Assembly: GCF_035594765.1 (NCBI RefSeq)
Contig: NC_085843.1
Span: forward strand, 45,926,201-45,990,200
Length of the DNA stretch: 64,000 bases
Reading direction: 5' to 3'
DNA from: Anolis carolinensis
Lineage: Eukaryota
Shown here: positions 52,652 through 64,000 of the stretch, piece by piece
Layout of the letters: each line of letters starts with the position of its first letter
How positions within the stretch are numbered: position 1 is the stretch's first letter
The notes under the pieces: model-generated
What the model saw: the letters and a program-made list of their open reading frames with translations, nothing else
What the model was told of the DNA's origin: nothing
Databases searched by the model: none
Position numbers and translations under genes: made by a program

Positions 52652-54274
52652 TGAATCAGATATATACTGATATAATTTCTGGATCTTTTAAATTTTTATG
52701 TTTTTTAATAGTATTGCAATCAGATCTCTATGATGGCTGGTTTTAAAATCTTTTAAATCACCAGTAAAGACTTTTAATTATGCCAATTCAGGGTTCAATA
52801 TAAATGACTAGTTTGTACCCAAGTGCTAGTTTCAACTGAAGCAGATCTTGCCCCTCTCATAGGGCATGAAAAAAGATACACAGGCCTCTGTATCTGCTTC
52901 AGCAGCAAAGAGAGCATGAATCAATGACATAGGTCAGTTATGTGTCAAGAACTACTGAGGGAGCAATTTGATCATTATGCTTTTCTGAATTCTGGCCAAA
53001 GCTAATTTTATGGTCATTTTGTACATAGTGATGACCACTCAGAATCTCTCAGGACTGCTCCTAAATCTTTTTTTTCATAGTAATTACGAGTCAACGTGTT
53101 TCTAAGATGTAATATTTGTGAGAAAGCCATACATAAAAGAAACCACCTTTTATCATGTTTAATATATTTTATTGATAATATTGCAAAGAAATATATCTCT
53201 CCTCTCTCTCTTTCTCTCCTCTCTTTCTCTTCTCCCTTTCTTGTTTTCTCCAAAAATTGCATTATTAAAATAATGTAGCCTTTGATGTATTTGAGTATGT
53301 TGTTCATGCTCCCTGTATTCTAGCATTTATTTGCAGTCAGGAAAATAGAATATTATTAATATAAATATTTTTAGTTCAGACATGGAAAACTATTCATGAT
53401 TAGGGGTTTGTTTTCCTCAAAGGACATAAAAAGATTATACTTCCTGGCACACAATGCAAATAACTTTTCTGAAGTAAAGCTTTTTGAATTCCTTTAAACT
53501 TAGTTTTAAGACCATTCTTGGGGCAAAACTGGACACCATCTTTCCCTCTGTCTCATCATCCCCCTTCTTCTTTCCTGGTGACATACTAAATACTAGTAAA
53601 AGGTTAATCTACTAACAATAACTCCATTACCCCTACCCTCACTTTTTTCCTTTTTACCCAACTGTTCCTTTTTCTCCTCTTGTGTGAAAAAAATCTGGAA
53701 ACATACAATAAAAATGTTATCCTTATAAACAGAATGGAACAAAACTCTATGGTAATAAAACAATCCCTCCCTTCATGGGATGAAGTCCATAGGGATTGAC
53801 ACATGAACCCACAAATTAGGACAACTCATCACCGTGGTAGAAAGAATTGATGGGAAAGTCGGAGAAAGAGTGTTGAGACTGAGTGAACAAGAAATTCATG
53901 CTACTTCTTGTCATTGTCTTTTAAAAGAAATGTTTTGATATGTAGGAAGTCATCATGAAAGATAAATCTGATATTATAATATTTCAGTTCCAGAAAGATA
54001 TGCCATTTTCCCCATTTCTAGATATTGAAAGCTGTAATGATGGTAAAGATTATAAGATTAATTTCCCTTTCTTCTTCTTTGCATATAACATCCACCCAGC
54101 ATATTAGCCTAGTTTTTTCCCTTGTGGGAAAATGGGTTTCTAAGAGGATGATTATCAGAAATGCTTAAAGAGAAAACAGTTCATTGAAAATTCTAATTTT
54201 CACTAAATTGTTGCACCTGTTCCTTGGGAAGTCATATTTGACCACAGTGGTTCATTCTCTTGTTACATCTAGAA

Positions 54275-55230
54275 TAGACTATTGCAACACACTTTAAGTG
54301 AGGCTGCCTTTGAAGACTGTTCAGAAACTTCAAGTAGTCCAACAGGCAGAAGCCAGGTTTCTAACTGGAGTGGCGTACAGGGAGCACACAACTCCCCTGC
54401 TGTACTAGCTCCACTGGCTGCCAGTCTGCTATTGAGCACAATTCAAATTTCTGGTTTTAGCCTATAAAGCCCTAAACGGTTCGGAACCAGCTTACCTGTC
54501 CAAACGTATCTCCCCTATGAAGCATCTCAGAGGTTAAGATTGTCTGGGGAGACCCTGTTCTCGATACCGCCCTCCTTACAGGAGCAACTGGTGTGGATGA
54601 GAGGCAGGTCCTTCTCAGTGGTAGCCCCTTAGCTATGGAACTCTCTCCCCGGGGAAATTAAATCAGCCCCCTCTCTCCTAACCTTTAGGAAGTAAGTTAA
54701 ATCCTGGTTGTGGGACCAAGGGTTTGCACAGTGATTCCCAGTGCAACAATTGATATCTCAGAGCAATAATGAACAATACATATGACAATTAGAATGTCTC
54801 CTGGCATATGTTTTCAGATTCTGTAATTTTAAGTAATTGGTTTAATGTTTAAATTATATGATTTTAAAGTATATGTTGTTTTATTTTGATATGTATTCAA
54901 GGCATTGGATTGTGCCTTTGTTGTGAGCTGCCCTGTGTTTATTTATTTATTTACAGTATTTATTTATTTACAGTATTTATATTCCGCCCTTCTCACCCCG
55001 AAGGGGACTCAGGGCGGATCACATTACACATATAAGGCAAACATTCAATGCCTTAACATAGAACAAAGACAAACACGGGGCTCCGAGCTGGCCTCAAACT
55101 CATGACCTCTTGGTCAGAGTGATTTGTTGCACTGGCTGCAGCTGGTTGCTCAACAGCCTGAGCCACAGCTCGGGCCCTTTAGGGTGAGAAAGGTGGAATA
55201 TTAAAAAATTACACAAATAAATAAATTAAT
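54275..55230 (+). mobile_element. Decayed L2 3' portion, with a SINE2 inserted in its terminal stem
   Basis: LHWLP-type and RSFSVVAP.LWNSLP-type motifs; 3' stem split at ~54936/55177. Confidence 0.75.
54938..55177 (-). mobile_element. Short Anolis-type SINE2
   Basis: Same head and tail as 8963-9411 but lacking about 230 bp of the middle. Confidence 0.75.
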
Positions 55231-56744
55231 AATACACAATAAGGAACCAAATAAACAGGGTCTAACTCAATTTAAAATTTATCTTTAGGAAAGTAGACAG
55301 CAAATATTCAACATGGATGATCAGTCCAGTAGTTGTCTTGAACGTGAAGTTCCCATCCCATATTTTTTTAAAAAAAAAATTAATATACCTTCTTGCACTG
55401 CTTATACAGCGGCATCTACATGGCTAGACCAAGTGTGGAAATGGTTCTTTGAAGCCCTACTAATTTCATAGTGACCCTGGTCTGAAATCTTTTATATGAA
55501 AATGATTATTTATCTTAAATGAACTATAATTTCATGACTTGTATATAAGAGCTCCAAAGTTTAAAGGAAGTAAAGAATTAACTTTGAAATATCTGCATCT
55601 GCTTTGCATTTTCCTTTTGTCCTGTGTTATTTCCAGTGTCCAGGACTCCCATTTTATCCCCAGACATCAGCACTGACTCAAATCTCTTGACAATACTTCA
55701 CCTTGTATAGTTTTCATAGCTGCATGTACAACTGTATTTAAACTCATTGAATTCTTTTTTGTTGTAAGGAAAAATACCAGTATTTTCATCTTTGTATGAA
55801 AATGTTGACTTGGATTAGCAAAGCAGATCACTTTTCTATTATTTATTTTTTTAAAAAACCCAGTTTATTCATTTCTTCTCTTTTCTGCATCTGCTGTTGT
55901 AGCTAATTCTTTAAAACTCAAATCTCTAGCACAGGCTCCATTGACCTATAGGTCCCTGATGGGAAGAAAAATTCCTCTCAACAGCTGTTTTGGAGAGTGC
56001 AACTTTTCTTTCATGCATATGCAGGTCACTAGAGACAGATACCTCTCTTTCAATTTCTATATGGAGCAAACTACATCTCTGAAAAGAACTGAGGCTTATT
56101 CCATACAAGTAAACCCACAATGCTCCCATGATAATTTCTCCCTAATAAGGGAAGGGATGTCTGGTCAGAGACTGGCTGGTAATAAAACATTTATTAGGAG
56201 AACTCTAAATAATGCTCACCAGCATTGCACATACATCAAGACACAACAGAAAGTAGAGCATGAGAAAAGACAAGCTAACTTCTGTACAGGATCTTGTGAT
56301 GCATATACACCACTGGCCTTTGTTGATAGAAAACATGTTGGAAGAGTGGTTTATCACATAACATCAACAGGGGAACCTCCAGCCTGTTTTATGCAGGTTT
56401 CAGCTGTCCTTGGCTAAGAAAGGACGATGTTAGGGTAATCTTGTAGGATGCTTTCAACAGTGGTTGTGAAAATACAGCCACTCTCTTTCCATTTTTTCCC
56501 TCACAATTTGAGAAAAAGCAAACTAAAGCACTGATTCAAGATATGAACTGAAATAAATATATGAAAATTAGGCAGAATGACGAAACTGCTTTTGGTAATA
56601 GATGCTTCCAAGGCCATAGCTGTGGCAATATTTCTTCAGCATAACATAACACAGTCGTTTATGGAATTATCACCAAGACTATACCATTGAAACAGAGCCA
56701 TAATCAGCCACAAGTCATCACCTATAATAACTAGGCAGAACACA

Positions 56745-56843
56745 TGCATGCAGCTCCCAAATTACAAGCAAGATGGGTTCTATAGTTTTGTTCTGAAGTA
56801 AAATTTGTTTGTAAGTCGAAACAGGTACATTTTTAAAGTATAA

Positions 56844-56928
<85 letters not shown>

Positions 56929-57210
56929 CTTTGTCTAACATAGGGAAGGGTTAACACCCTGTGGTGTTTGTTTTTCTATCTGTGCCCCTGTTCAGAAGGT
57001 TTCACATAACTTTCTGTCTCTGTGATAATTGGATTTTGAAAAATATGGCTTGTTGTGAAAACAAGGATTAGTGATAAAGCTTCAGTTGAGAGACCTTTTC
57101 CTCATAATGTCTTTCAGTAGTGATTTTCCCACACTTCCTGTTGTCTCAGACCCATTCTTAACTATGAGTCATTTGTAAGTCAGATGTTTGTAACTCAGGG
57201 ATAGCTTGCA
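56745..57210. mobile_element. Tc1/mariner (Tigger-like) MITE containing a (CT)n(AT)n microsatellite (56851-56925)
   Basis: Degenerate TIRs CCCAAATTACAAGC / GTTTGTAACTCAGGG; internal TTTGTAAGTC repeats. Confidence 0.55.
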
Positions 57211-58302
57211 CAACACTGCCAAGTTACTGGGTGCTACTCATCAATTTACAAAGCATAACCTCTGCAATCAGAAATATGTAGTGCACAACTATAACACCTA
57301 GTATTGCTGTATGCAGAATTTCAGATGTGCTGCCACCAGCAGAATATGTAAATTGTACTCTGGTGAATAATTCACTCCGTATGCAACAAAGTACAACATA
57401 TGCCCACATACATGCTCCCAAAGGAATGCCAGTCTATGTGTGCCATAAAACTTTCCCATCACCTCTCAAATTGATCTCAAGTGTGGTGGAGATTAAATTT
57501 TATTAGCAGTGTTAAAGGGAATTTCAACTGCCCATTTAGTTGGCTTCTGAAGGTGGAGGAATAGAGGGTATGCTCTCTTGTTCTTTGCCTCAAACATCAA
57601 AATGCCTTTGTCAAACTTTGGATAAAAAGGAATGAAAGCACACTAAACAGACATGAAAAGAAAAGATATATTTTTCATCAGGGCTACTCCCAGACGTCTT
57701 AACATTCTTGATTTCTGTGTTCTGCTCCTTGGAATTGGCACATCTAAATGAGAAAGACAGTAAGAAACTCCTTCTTCCTGCTTCACTTATCTTCTCCTTG
57801 ATGGATATAGCTAAAGCAGCAATACTGTGTTACATAAATGGATGTTCAGTCAGCTTCAAATAAGGCAATTAGAGACATGATCATGAGCTAAATTGTAACA
57901 AAGATAAATTTGCTTTTATACCTTCCTTTTGAGATTCTTCTTGTGAGAGATTTCAAACCATGGAAAAAATATTATTTTGTTTCTGAAGACTGGTATATTA
58001 GCATCAAATGATGAAAGTAAGTCTATCCTGGGGACAACTGACTGATATTCCCTTTCCTATTTCCAGTGAGTTTGTCTTCCCGTGCAAAATATTCTGAGAA
58101 ATTTAAAGATGTGTGTGCATGTGTGAAGGGGGAATGTCAGAAAACATTCTAAAAAATTCAGAAAGGGAAAATGGCAAGTACATTTTTCTTTAACACAATA
58201 AGAATATAGCTTTCCAGATGTTGTTGGATCCCATCTTCTCTATTTCCTCACCATTAGAAGTTCTAGGTAGGCCTGACATACATTACAATACAATAATAAT
58301 AG

Positions 58303-59060
58303 AAGGAGACAGAGGGCCTGATCCTTGCCGCCCAGGAGCAAGCCATCAGGACAAATGCAATTAAGGCCAAGATCGAAAAATCAGCTGATGACCCAAAATG
58401 CAGACTATGCAAGGAAACCGACGAAACCATTGATCATATCCTCAGCTGCTGTAAGAAAATTGCACAGACAGACTACAAACAGAGGCATAACTGTGTGGCC
58501 CAAATGATCCATTGGAACTTATGCCTCAAGTACCATCTGCCAGCAGCAAAGAACTGGTGGGATCACAAACCAGCAAAGGTCGTGGAAAATGAACACGCAA
58601 AGATACTGTGGGACTTCCGAATCCAGACTGACAAAGTTCTGGAACACAACACACCAGACATCACAGTTGTGGAAAAGAACAAGGTTTGGATAATTGATGT
58701 TGCCATCCCAGGTGACAGTTGCATTGATGAAAAACAACAGGAAAAACTTGGCCGCTATCAGGACCTCAAGATTGAACTTCAAAGACTCTGGCAGAAACCA
58801 GTGCAGGTGGTCCCGGTGGTGATGGGCACACTGGGTGCCGTGCCAAAAGATCTCAGCCGGCATTTGGAAACAATAGACATTGACAAAATTACGATCTGCC
58901 AACTGCAAAAGGCCACCCTGCTGGGATCTGCACGCATCATCTGAAAATACATCACACAGTCCTAGACACTTGGGAAGTGTTCGACTTGTGGTTTTGTGAA
59001 ACGAAATCCAGCATATCTATCTTGTTTGCTGTGTCATACAACGTTGTTGTGTCAATAATA
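58303..59060 (+). mobile_element. 5'-truncated Dong/R4-clade LINE with restriction-like endonuclease (open frame 58303-58944)
   Basis: KETEGLILAAQEQAIRT...CRLCKETDETIDHILSCC (CCHC) ...RHNCVA...ILWDFRIQTD...PDITVV...IDVAIP...EKLGRYQDL (PD-D..K RLE); flanked by AATAATAAT and AATAATAA. Confidence 0.92.
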
Positions 59061-59590
59061 AAATTATTTACACCCTGCCACCATCTCCCCAACGGGGACT
59101 CGGGGCGGCTTACATGGGGCCATGCCCAGAACAATACAATATAACAGAATATAAAAATAACAACAAATCATAAAACATTGAACAATACAATAAATAGTAA
59201 TATACACTACATTACACAAAATCAGAAGAACAATAAAACAAGGGCAGGCCACATGAACACTAAGTTAAAACTCGGGGTGAGAAAAGAAATAAGAATAAAA
59301 ACCACAGAGAACAGGGTCATAAAGTAGTGGTGCAATCTGGAGGACAGATATTGGAGGAGAGCAGCAGAGGGAATGTATGTAGTAATTACTCTCCAAAAGC
59401 ACAATGGAAGAGCCATGTTTTCAGGTCTTTCTTAAAGGCTGCTAATGTGGGGGCTTGCCTAATCTCACCGGGTAGCGAGTTCCACAATTGGGGGGCCACA
59501 GCAGAGAAGGCCCTCTCCCTTGTTCCCACAAGGTGGGCCTGAGATATCGGCAGTGGTGACAGGAGAGCCTCCCCTGACGATCGAAGGGAG
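59061..59590 (-). mobile_element. L2 3' end
   Basis: Same terminal stem as 32654; ORF2 C-terminal RAFSAVAPQLWNSLP-type coding at 59390-59540. Confidence 0.8.
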
Positions 59591-59884
59591 ATGTGAGAGC
59601 AGATTTACCCACCCTTGCATTGCAGGGATGATCAAGCCTAGGTTTTATCTGCTACATAGGCTTTCCCCAATATAATAACATTGAGGATCACATAAGGTCT
59701 CACTATGCAATATAAACAAAGTAATCTCCTCTTTGTGCTATAATCAATGACCAATATTTCCAATTTTTCTTTTTCTTACATTTTTCTACTTCCTATATGC
59801 TTCTTATACTACACATAACATCTCTACCTTCAACAAAACACTTGGAGAAATTCATAAGCAAATATTATAGCAATGTATGTACAC

Positions 59885-60372
59885 TAGGCTTGATCGATCC
59901 ATGAAAAATTTGATTCTAAACTCGTTCCAAAACTAGAGGGGGCAGTTTTTCGTTTTTGTTGCTAATAACGAATTTGGCCCCCAAAATTTTTCGAAATTAA
60001 CGAAAATTCGTTATTTTCGAAATTAATTCGTTAATGGCGGACGCGCATGCGCGGTGGCCCAAAAACAGCCCGAAGGGGGGGGGACTTAGGGGGCTCTCCC
60101 GCCCTCATTTTTTGAGTGATCTTCTTCAAACTTGGTACAGTGGTAGAACACATTTAACACTGATAGCTCACCAAAATGTGGAACGTTTCCCTTATCCTCT
60201 GATTTTTGGCAAATTTTCATAGCTTTTATAATAAACCATTTTTTAATAATTGCAGAAATCTGTTCCTGGTTTGAAAGTCTTATTTCCTGTTAAATTGGGT
60301 TGTCTTTACTGTGAAAGTCATTGCTCTACTTTAGAAACTTTGTTTTTGTGGCTGAAACTTTGTTAAATTGGT
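59885..60372. mobile_element. One end of a hAT-like DNA transposon
   Basis: TAGGCTTG terminus related to the TIR at 40786; CpG-rich subterminal TTCG/CGAA repeats; internal similarity to 40950-41100; other end not found. Confidence 0.6.
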
Positions 60373-60395
60373 GTAGTCCCTGCATATGTGTGTGT

Positions 60396-60695
60396 GTAAA
60401 GGTATCCCTTGACGTTAAGTTCAGTCATGTCTGACTCTGGGGGTTGTGCTCACCTCCATTTCTAAGCCCAAGAGCCAGTGTTGTCCATAGACACCTCCAA
60501 GGTCATGTGGTCGGCATGACTACATGGAGTGCCATTACCTTCCCGCCACAGCGGTACCTATTCATCTACTCACATTGGCATGTTTTCAAGCTGCTAGGTT
60601 GGCAGAAGCTGGAGCTAACAGCGGGCGCTCACTCTGCTCCCAGGATTTGAACCTGGGACCTTTCAGTCTGCAAGTTCAGCAGCTCAATGGTCTTT
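60396..60695 (-). mobile_element. Sauria SINE, older and slightly 5'-truncated
   Basis: Colinear with 52330-52651. Confidence 0.88.
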
Positions 60696-61059
60696 GCCTT
60701 GGCTGCCTTCCAGATCAGGCTTATAACCAGCCTATTATGGGCCACAAATTAAAGAAAATTCAATCCCATTTAAGCACAACATGAACAGTTTTGATGCCAA
60801 AACCATAAACTCTGTTTATTAAACTCTACGATCCAAACTTTAGAACAACTTGCAAACAATTGAAGGTTAGACCACAGTAATAATAACCAATTCTATTCCT
60901 TTCCAAAATTTAAACATAAAATAGTATCTTTCTTTCCAATAGCATATAAACTTTTCCTTTCTTTACAAAACAAAATTCTAGACAGTAGCCATTTAGAAGA
61001 TATTTCTATATTTTCCCTGCAAAGGATAGGGCTGCATCCCTCTGGAGACACACATGATA

Positions 61060-61330
61060 ACCCGGACATGATATAAGGCACTTATATACGTTAAATAAAC
61101 ATGATGTCATTGCATATATAAAAGAAGCATGATATTAGGCAATTATAGTTGCAAATAATATAATTAAACATGTAAAAATTATACATCCATACATAAAAGA
61201 AACATGTAAAGTAACTGCATATATAAAACACAATATAAAATATGATATAAGGCAATTACAGATGTCAAAGGAACGTGATATTACATATGTAAAAAACATG
61301 ATTATATGTATAAAAAAGCATGATACAAGG
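61060..61330. repeat. Degenerate AT-rich tandem repeat (CATGATATAAGGCAATTA units), continuing after the LTR at 62194
   Basis: Motif recurs at ~61067, 61128, 61241 and 61319. Confidence 0.6.
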
Positions 61331-62193
61331 TGTCAGGATCTAGGCTGCTGGGCACCAATAACCATACACTGAGGCCAGATTCTATCTAATATCTTTATTA
61401 AAGGAATATATAAAGTCAATAAAAACAAGTGTAGAATAAAGTTCAGAAGCAGACCTTTCAAATGAGGCCAAATATAGTCCAGCAGATTATTGTCCAATAT
61501 GAAATATTAGAGTCCAAAGATTATAATCCAATAACCGCAACACACGCTTTGCCAAGCAAAGCGTTGGGAAAACAGAAAAAGTCTTGAATCCAATGAAGCT
61601 TGACACAAGGCTGAAAGTTACTTGGAACGTGGCTGGAGCTGTGGCTAAAGGCAAAGCAACTTGAAGCATGGAACAAGATCTGTGGTAAATCCGTGAGACG
61701 AGGACAAGGCTTGGAACTAGATTCAGGAGGCAAGGAACAGGATTCGAAGTCCACACACACATGACCTCTCTCCAGGAGCTGACGAATTGACTCCGCAAGG
61801 AATCCTTCGCGCAATTTCCCTATATTGGGTCTCGTTTCCCCAAACAACAATCACTTTCCCTAGAGAACAGGGAGCGAAGGAAACCAGCTTGCAGGTGCAA
61901 GACTCCCCGTATTTTCTCAGGGGAAATACTTCTAATCAGTGGCATATTTGGCAGCAAGGCGAGCACTACTTCTAAATTTTTCTCTCGATCCTCTATCAGT
62001 CGTGTAAGCCTGTTTTCTCCCATAAGGGGGAGAGTTCCCACCAAGGTCAGGTTTAATTGGTTCTTGGACTAGAACTTCAGGCAGCTGCCAAGGCTCTGAC
62101 TCCGACCGGAAATCTGGGGAAAACTCCATATTTTCCTCCTCATCTGCCACAATACTGTCAGGAATAGGACTGCAGGGCCCATGAGTCATCACA
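61331..62193 (-). mobile_element. Solo LTR, copy C, same family as 20542/20883
   Basis: TG...CA termini; 5-bp TSD CAAGG / CTAGG (one mismatch); colinear with copy B; AATAAA on the minus strand at 61394-61399. Confidence 0.9.
61932..62189 (-). CDS. Putative LTR U3-encoded peptide (85 aa), copy C
   Basis: MTHGPCSPIPDSIVADEEE...RSSARLAAKYATD*. Confidence 0.45.
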   Translation of the reverse strand: MTHGPCSPIPDSIVADEEENMEFSPDFRSESEPWQLPEVLVQEPIKPDLGGNSPPYGRKQAYTTDRGSREKFRSSARLAAKYATD

Positions 62194-62452
62194 CTAGGCA
62201 ACTGACACATCTAAAAGAAACACAATATAATTAACCTAGGTACAACAAATGTGAAAGAAGGCAACAATATACATAAAAAAACATTTCTGGACTCACAAAT
62301 GTAGTCTAAGAGAATTGGGCTTCCATTCTCCAAACCTGAAACAAAGTGGGAGGAAATGTAAAGAGTGTTAATGATGCTCGAAATCAAATGTTGTTCTTTT
62401 ACAAAGTCAAACTAAAACTAAGGATAAATGCTTCGGTCTTCTCCTGATCTTC

Positions 62453-62974
62453 TTATCTCCTCACCTTGCGTCCAGCCGAGTTACGTCCGCACTTGCGATA
62501 CAGCGACCTCTTCCCTTGGCTCAGTGGGCAGTATTTTAAAGTATGGGCCTTTTCGCCCGTGGCACCGCAGAGCGGACAGGTGTATTTGCGCAAGATGGGG
62601 CACTCCACGGTGCCGTCCATCCCCTTCAGCCGGTGGGACGAATAGACCTGCTTGGATTCCCCGTTGTGTTTGCAGAAATTGCAAATCTCCTTGTTTTGGG
62701 AAGCCTGGCCATTGGCACTACCTTTGGAGCTCTTGCTGCTGGAACTGCTTCCATTAACCCATTGTGATGCTGTTTCAAAGTTGTCCTCGTTGAGGACTAG
62801 CTGCATGTCGTACTCCATTGTGTCCCAACTCTGAGATGGAAATGGGACCTTCTTGCGTTCCGCGATGATCTCCGTAACCACTTTCGCAAGGCTCAGATAG
62901 CCCTTCCATCTGTCAAACTCCCTGAACATGGAAGGGGCATAATGTGGCACGTGCATGGCTGATCTGGAGAGCAT
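62453..62974 (-). CDS. NANOS2: Nanos homolog 2 (CCHC zinc-finger RNA-binding translational repressor), single exon, 173 aa
   Basis: Translation has the Nanos double-CCHC finger [17 protein letters not shown]...[26 protein letters not shown], an N-terminal NOT1-interacting-like motif [14 protein letters not shown], and a NANOS2-type C-terminus [17 protein letters not shown]. The ATG at 62974 is in Kozak context GGCACCATG and lies downstream of a TATA box; the longer ORF-track start at 63088 is upstream of that TATA. Confidence 0.95.
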   Translation of the reverse strand: MLSRSAMHVPHYAPSMFREFDRWKGYLSLAKVVTEIIAERKKVPFPSQSWDTMEYDMQLVLNEDNFETASQWVNGSSSSSKSSKGSANGQASQNKEICNFCKHNGESKQVYSSHRLKGMDGTVECPILRKYTCPLCGATGEKAHTLKYCPLSQGKRSLYRKCGRNSAGRKVRR

Positions 62975-63037
62975 GGTGCCAATTCTACCCTGGTGTGGAC
63001 ACACACTGAATGCCACATATTGGAGGCGGAGTCTTTG

Positions 63038-63164
63038 TTTTATATATAAGGGGAGGGGTTCCAAACCTTTCACATTGGACCCTCCCATCTATTTTTACCC
63101 TCCTTTGCCCTAGATTTAACCCCCACATGTCTAGACAATCACAGCTTTTCAAGGAAGAGATTGG
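63038..63164 (-). promoter_or_regulatory. Putative nanos2 core promoter: TATA box plus two CCAAT boxes
   Basis: Minus strand TATATAAAA at ~63038-63046, about 65-70 nt upstream of the ATG; CCAAT at 63074-63078 and 63160-63164. Confidence 0.65.
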
Positions 63165-63215
63165 TTTTTCCAATTTTTTAACTTCGGAGGTAATGCCACA
63201 GTTTCTCCCTTGAGG

Positions 63216-63350
63216 CAGTGGTTCTCGACTTGTGGGTCCCCAGATGTTTTGGCCTTCAACTCCCAGAAATCCTAACAGCTGGTAAAATGGCTGGGATTTC
63301 TGGGACTTGTAGGTAAAAACACCTGGAGATCCACAGGTTGAGAAACACTG
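63216..63350. mobile_element. hAT (Charlie-like) MITE
   Basis: TIR CAGTGGTTCTC / GAGAAACACTG, near-palindromic body, 8-bp TSD CCTT(G/A)AGG at 63208-63215 and 63351-63358. Confidence 0.88.
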
Positions 63351-63514
63351 CCTTAAGGGAACGTTAGCAGTTGTGGTTCTGTTTGTCCATCCAAGAATGA
63401 GTTGAATTTCTGCCTTGGATGAAATAGCAACATTGCACATCCAACGTTTGCCAAAGTCCTGAAGGACGGATCCAGTAATGATGAAGCCTGCAAGAGTGTT
63501 ATATTGCTTTTGCA

Positions 63515-63720
63515 TGGCAGAATAGCATTGGACTGGATGGTCTCTTCTACCTTTATGATTCTATGATGTTTGGCGCCATGACTCTATGATTCTATCATTT
63601 TAGGATTCTAGGACTTTTGGGATGATTCTGTTACTTGGTTCTTTGAGTCTATGACTTTAGGGACCATGTTTCTATTATTCAATGACTTCTGTGAACATAT
63701 TTCTATGACTTTTGTGACCA
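63515..63720 (+). mobile_element. CR1 3' end with an expanded degenerate (ATTCTATG)n tail
   Basis: TTGGACTGGATGG...ATGATTCTATGA followed by about 10 degenerate octamers. Confidence 0.6.
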
Positions 63721-63793
63721 TTCATGGGCCATCTGGCTAGTATTCCGGGACGGTAAATGATATATCGGTTACAGCATCAGATATTTCTGGATA

Positions 63794-64000
63794 CAGTAGA
63801 GTCTCGCTTATCCAACATTAACGGGCCAGCAGAACGTTGGATAAGCAAATATGTTGGATGATAAGGAGACATTAAGGAAAAGCCTTTTGAACAGCAAATT
63901 AGGTTATTTTACAAATTAAGCCCCAAAAAATCTTGTTTAACAGCAAATTAGACAGAAAAGGTAGTTCAATACGCAGTAATATTACATAGTAATTACGAAT
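63794..64000. mobile_element. Tc1/mariner (Tigger-like) MITE running off the window end
   Basis: TA-CAGTAGAGTCTCGCTTATCCAAC start with internal IR GTTGGATAAGC. Confidence 0.65.

Noticed and set aside
55941-56417. 158-aa ORF
   Set aside because: Non-ATG start, no recognisable domain, no splice or promoter support.
59626-59900. GATCAAGCCTA and TAGGCTTGATC as one TIR pair
   Set aside because: They face outward relative to the hAT TIR orientation seen at 40786-41718 and share no 8-bp TSD, so they are probably ends of separate fragments.
60800-62452. Pumilio-binding elements in the nanos2 3' region
   Set aside because: I found only near-matches (e.g. UGUAUAUU) and no exact UGUAHAUA.
62975-63088. 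38-aa N-terminal extension of NANOS2 in the ORF track
   Set aside because: It spans the TATA box; the downstream ATG at 62974 has good Kozak context and gives a typical length.

Overview
AT-rich, repeat-dense vertebrate genomic DNA from a squamate reptile, most likely an Anolis-type lizard (inferred from Sauria SINEs, Anolis-type SINE2, young L2, Dong/R4, L1 and Helitrons). The only host protein-coding gene I can support is an intronless NANOS2 on the minus strand near the right end (CDS ~62453-62974), with TATA and CCAAT boxes upstream. Most other recognisable sequence is transposable-element debris: L2, CR1, RTE, L1 and Dong/R4 LINE fragments, tRNA-derived SINEs, hAT/Harbinger/Tc1-mariner MITEs, three solo LTRs of one family (two nested in opposite orientation, one ~260 bp past the nanos2 stop codon) and a 4.3-kb head-to-tail array of non-autonomous Helitrons. 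The most novel signal is an 84-86 aa ORF kept open in the U3 part of all three diverged solo LTRs. It is acidic at the N-terminus and ends in an RRSARIAA-like basic motif, and decayed look-alikes occur in two other LTR-like elements. All family names come from pattern recognition, not database searches.
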